Position numbers and translations under genes: made by a program
Notes under the pieces: model-generated
What the model saw: only the letters and a program-made list of their open reading frames with translations
Told to the model about the DNA's origin: nothing
Database searches by the model: none
Shown here: positions 60,229-64,000 of the stretch, piece by piece
How positions within the stretch are numbered: position 1 is the stretch's first letter
Layout: every line of letters begins with the position of its first letter
Assembly: GCF_048593235.1 (NCBI RefSeq)
Contig: NC_133622.1
Location: 242,079,198-242,143,197, forward strand
Length of the DNA: 64,000 bases
Direction: 5' to 3'
Origin: Sminthopsis crassicaudata
Lineage: Eukaryota

Positions 60229-62377
60229 TTCCTCGTTTCTTTAGGGATGATATTTAAAAGTCACCTTAAAGTCATCTTTCTAGTCTTAAAACTAGACTTA
60301 ATCTATGATTCAATCTAATTGGATTGAAAGGGAAATTCCAGAAACGCCTTGTTCAAGTACCTAATATTATATAGAAAGACATTGAGATCCATAAATCTCA
60401 AACATTTACCAAATATTCTCAAAATATCCAATTGTAAAAGTGATAAAAGAAAATTCTTCTTGTGTCATATTTATATTAAACATTCAATTCAAAAAAGTAA
60501 GTAACTTTAAACTTCTTCCTAAAAGCTCCCATACTCAATATCATCTTCAAAGTCTTCTTCTGGGTACAATGAAGTTGGGGAAGGGGAAAGAGGAACTATA
60601 ATCAGAGGAACTGATCCCTAACTATAACCTATATTGATGGAAAAAAAATCCATGAAGAAAATATAGTGAATAGCTTAAAAAATTTAATAATAAGATTAGT
60701 TAGAAATAATGGTGAGAATTACATGGAAATTTAGTAGCATAATAAGATTGAGAAATCTAAAAAAGCCAGAGAAGTTAATTTTAGATATTTAGTTAGCAGA
60801 AATTTCATAAAGACAAAAACATGCCTTTGTCATTGCCTATCCAATATCTCACATCCTATATTTTCCCCTGATTCTCCATTTTAATTCTTTTTCAACCTAA
60901 AGTAATTATTTAACCCCCCTATTTTATATGTGTGGCATATCCCTCACAATAAGATACAAGTTCCTTGAAGATACAATTTTCCCCTATGTCTTCATTTCTT
61001 TCCACATTGCCAAAACATTAATAAATTGAGTATTATGTGAAATTCATATGACTCTGAGTCTAGGAATCTCTAATATGTATGATTTTATAATGTGAGCAAA
61101 TTGTATTCTTTGGAAGTCCTTTTCTATAACCAACTTAATGAAAGAACAAGAGGTAAAACATCAGAGTTAATGTAATGATTAAAGAAGAACTTGCAATTGG
61201 ATACTAGGATTTTTCCCAAGATGGCATTTCCTCTTGGGTACAATCGATATTAAACGTATAAGATCCTCAAAAATCTGTAAATGTTGAGGTGTTTTCCAGC
61301 CCTATCATACTAATGTTCTAAGTTTTAAAGATGTTTCATCTCTGGCATTCTAAATTCTATTTTAAGGTACTTTGCAGTACTCTTATTCTAAATCTATCAG
61401 TTCTTCAGGTTTCCTATTTCCCATTTAGCTGTAGAATTCATAATATTATAAGGTTTATTTCTTTGTTGATAACAGTTATAATGTAGATATTTTTCCTTTC
61501 TCAGTTACTTCACCAACTCAATTATTCTTTTCATTATTTTCCCCATTATTTATTCTCTGCCCATTCCAATCTTTCAAACAGTGTTTAAAAAGATAGTTTG
61601 TAGTATATGACCACCTGAACAATAAAGAAAGAACAGTAATTCCAAGTGGCCACTCACTCACCATGATATATTATTCTCTATACTTATATCTCTTTTCCCA
61701 ATACATTTCCTTCCTGAGTAACTTCATTGGTCTTTCCAAGCTGCCAAAATAGCTTCCATGATAAATAGCTTTTATCATGTCACTATCTTGCTCAAAACTT
61801 TTCACTGCCTCCCACAAACTTTCAGAAAAAGTTGAAAATTACTTTTGTGATATTTGAGGTTTGCAAAGTTTTTTTTTCAATGCTTAGTTGATTTGATTTA
61901 GTTTTTCCAAACGAGAAGTAGTTATTATCAACACCATTTTAAAAAAAATTAAGTAAGCAGAGAAGTAACTGGCTCAGGTCATACAGGTGTTATAGTTCTG
62001 AGGCTGAATTCAAACCTTTGAATTTAAGACGCAGTCATTGGTTTGGAAAGAATTTTGTGAAAAATGTAATTCTACCTTAGTAGAAACTCAGAAGGTCATT
62101 TGAAATATGGTTGTTGATATTTTTTTAATAGGTACTGGAAAGATGGTGGGTTCAGCTGCCTTGGATATTTTCAAGGAGAGCCTGTGTATTCACAGCCAGT
62201 TGCCATCATGCTGATTCAATTGACCTATGAAGAATGGATGATAGTGTCATCTACATTTTATCCATTCTATCATATTTCCTACAATTTTCATCCAATATAT
62301 GTGTGTATGTGTATGTGTGTACTTTTATATTTGTTTATATATTTTCTCAATTATATTGTGGTCTCTTATAAGATACA

Positions 62378-62382
62378 CTATA

Positions 62383-62413
<31 letters not shown>

Positions 62414-62419
62414 TTTTTG
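62378..62419. repeat. (TA)n followed by poly(T)
   Basis: Directly visible. Confidence 0.9.
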
Positions 62420-63310
62420 TATATCCAATGCTTAGCATATTCTCTGACTCAGGGCAGGCACTTAATGCCTATTTATTGAGTTACTGATAACTGGAATGAT
62501 AAGTAGAAAGACTGGCAATGACAAGAACAAAGAACTCACTTGAAAAGATCATACATTAAAAGGAGATATTCCTTCACCATAGCTGGTTCCTGAAGAGGAG
62601 AGATTATAGCTCTGTTAGGTAATTCAAACTTATGGAGTGAGTGGGCCAATACGATATTTGAATGAAAATGCCTATTTAATTGATAACTTCTTCTACCTTG
62701 CCACTTGCTACTAAACCAACATCTGATGACTATTTAGTTATTTATATTATATTTTTAAATACATATATTTGTTATGTGAATATCTTCAAGGATTCTTAAT
62801 ATTTTCAAGTACCATAATTACTTCTGTCAGGTTAGTGAAGCCAATAATGATATGCATAAAATTAATGGCTAAAATTATTACAATAGCATAGGAAAGAGGA
62901 TTTTTAATTGTTTATATAGACCATGATAAGACCACTTCTCTAGATCTAAACTATCTTTTTCTGTTCACAAACATATTAAAGTTTTAGCATAGTTAGTAAT
63001 ATTAATTTCAACAACTTTGATACTGATATAAAATTTTAAAAAGAAATACTCTTCATAATTTCCTTGAACAGATGTCACTGATGGCTAGTAGAATCAATAG
63101 ACAACAGATATTTAATAGATACTTTCTCAACAAAGGAATAAATGGATATATTACATTTCCCCATTAGAATATTAGTTCATTAGTATGTAATAAGGTTTGT
63201 CACCTTTGTTCTTACATCTCTTTCACCTAAAATAAAATTTGGCATATGATTTGCACTTTATAAATACCTGTTGACAACTGAGTGATACATAAGTTACACC
63301 ACTTGAGTCA

Positions 63311-63775
63311 TGTAACCATTATAAAAAAAAATGGTTAATGACTTCATTTACTACCTTGATTTGCTTGAGCACTCTTACTATTCAGAGGAAGCCATATTTG
63401 CCTAGAAATGAGAATCAACCATGCAGAAGGTAAATTGAATATGATTTCAACTTGAAATATCATAAATCCTTAGCAGTATTTGCTTATTGAACCTAGAACT
63501 CTTTCTATTGTGCCCTAGAAATAAGTTCAAGTTAGCCTCCAACCTAGTGGTCAAACCTAATGAGGATATTATAAGACTTCTAAGATATAGCTCAACCTAG
63601 GGGGAAGGTAGCAATGGCCACAACTGAATAGACCACTATGTGATTAACTTGTGAAACTAAACCCCACCCCCAACTAGGATAGTGCTGCCTAACTCAATTC
63701 TAACTGTTGTTTCCATGTATGTCTGCCTGCTTAAGAATAAACACATGCCTACAACCTCTTTCTTGTGGACATACA
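63311..63775 (+). mobile_element. Old LTR (TGTAAC...CATACA), third cassette copy
   Basis: TG/CA ends, AATAAA at about 63736, colinear with 47345-47813. Confidence 0.65.
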
Positions 63776-64000
63776 ACTGAATATGTAAATATGGAATAGA
63801 TTATTAATACACAAATATTAATTCACTAAATGATGGTAAAGTTCAGATAGAGAAGAAGAAGGGAGCGATCGAGGAAGGAAGGGGAAGAGAGAGCAAAAGT
63901 AAGAGTAAATAAGAAATATTTAGCATGAGACCAATTAAAATGCGATGTTGGAAAGCTAAGTCATTGTATCAGATTTTTCTATGTGTTAAAAATAATTCCT

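Larger units (their letters stand above)
25126..64000. repeat. Tandem segmental repeat: three partial copies of an OR8J(+)/OR5T(-) cassette
   Basis: Colinear homology blocks: 26100-28800 ~ 44570-46650 ~ 59680-61650; 35780-36170 ~ 62450-62820; 36490-41560 ~ 47810-57010 ~ 63775-64000; 42330-43990 ~ 57040-58950. Confidence 0.9.

Overview
Eukaryotic, AT-rich marsupial genomic DNA containing part of a class II olfactory receptor (OR) cluster, with five short N gaps. A dasyurid, most likely Tasmanian devil, is inferred from WSINE1-type SINEs, marsupial L1/HAL1 3' ends and an OC1-type hAT MITE. There are four intact single-exon OR ORFs on + (one family-5-like, one OR8I2 orthologue-like, two OR8J paralogues). 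On - there is one OR5T-like gene broken only by a single extra base in a homopolymer, plus two decayed OR5T-like pseudogenes. From about 25 kb to the window end the sequence is an old tandem segmental repeat with a period of about 11-16 kb: [LTR + Lhx2/Ebf-type promoter block ... OR8J(+) >< OR5T(-) ... flank]. The rest is L1, HAL1, MIR/MAR1/WSINE1, LTRs and simple repeats. The most unusual items are an exact 57-bp templated copy of flanking DNA inside a young L1, an LTR-env-LTR retroviral remnant with an EnvV/HEMO-type N-terminus, duplicated homeodomain+O/E promoter blocks, and an OR8J copy with DRY changed to DHF. I found no prokaryotic-type system and nothing I can call a wholly new biological system. 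All family assignments come from recall and by-eye alignment, not database searches.
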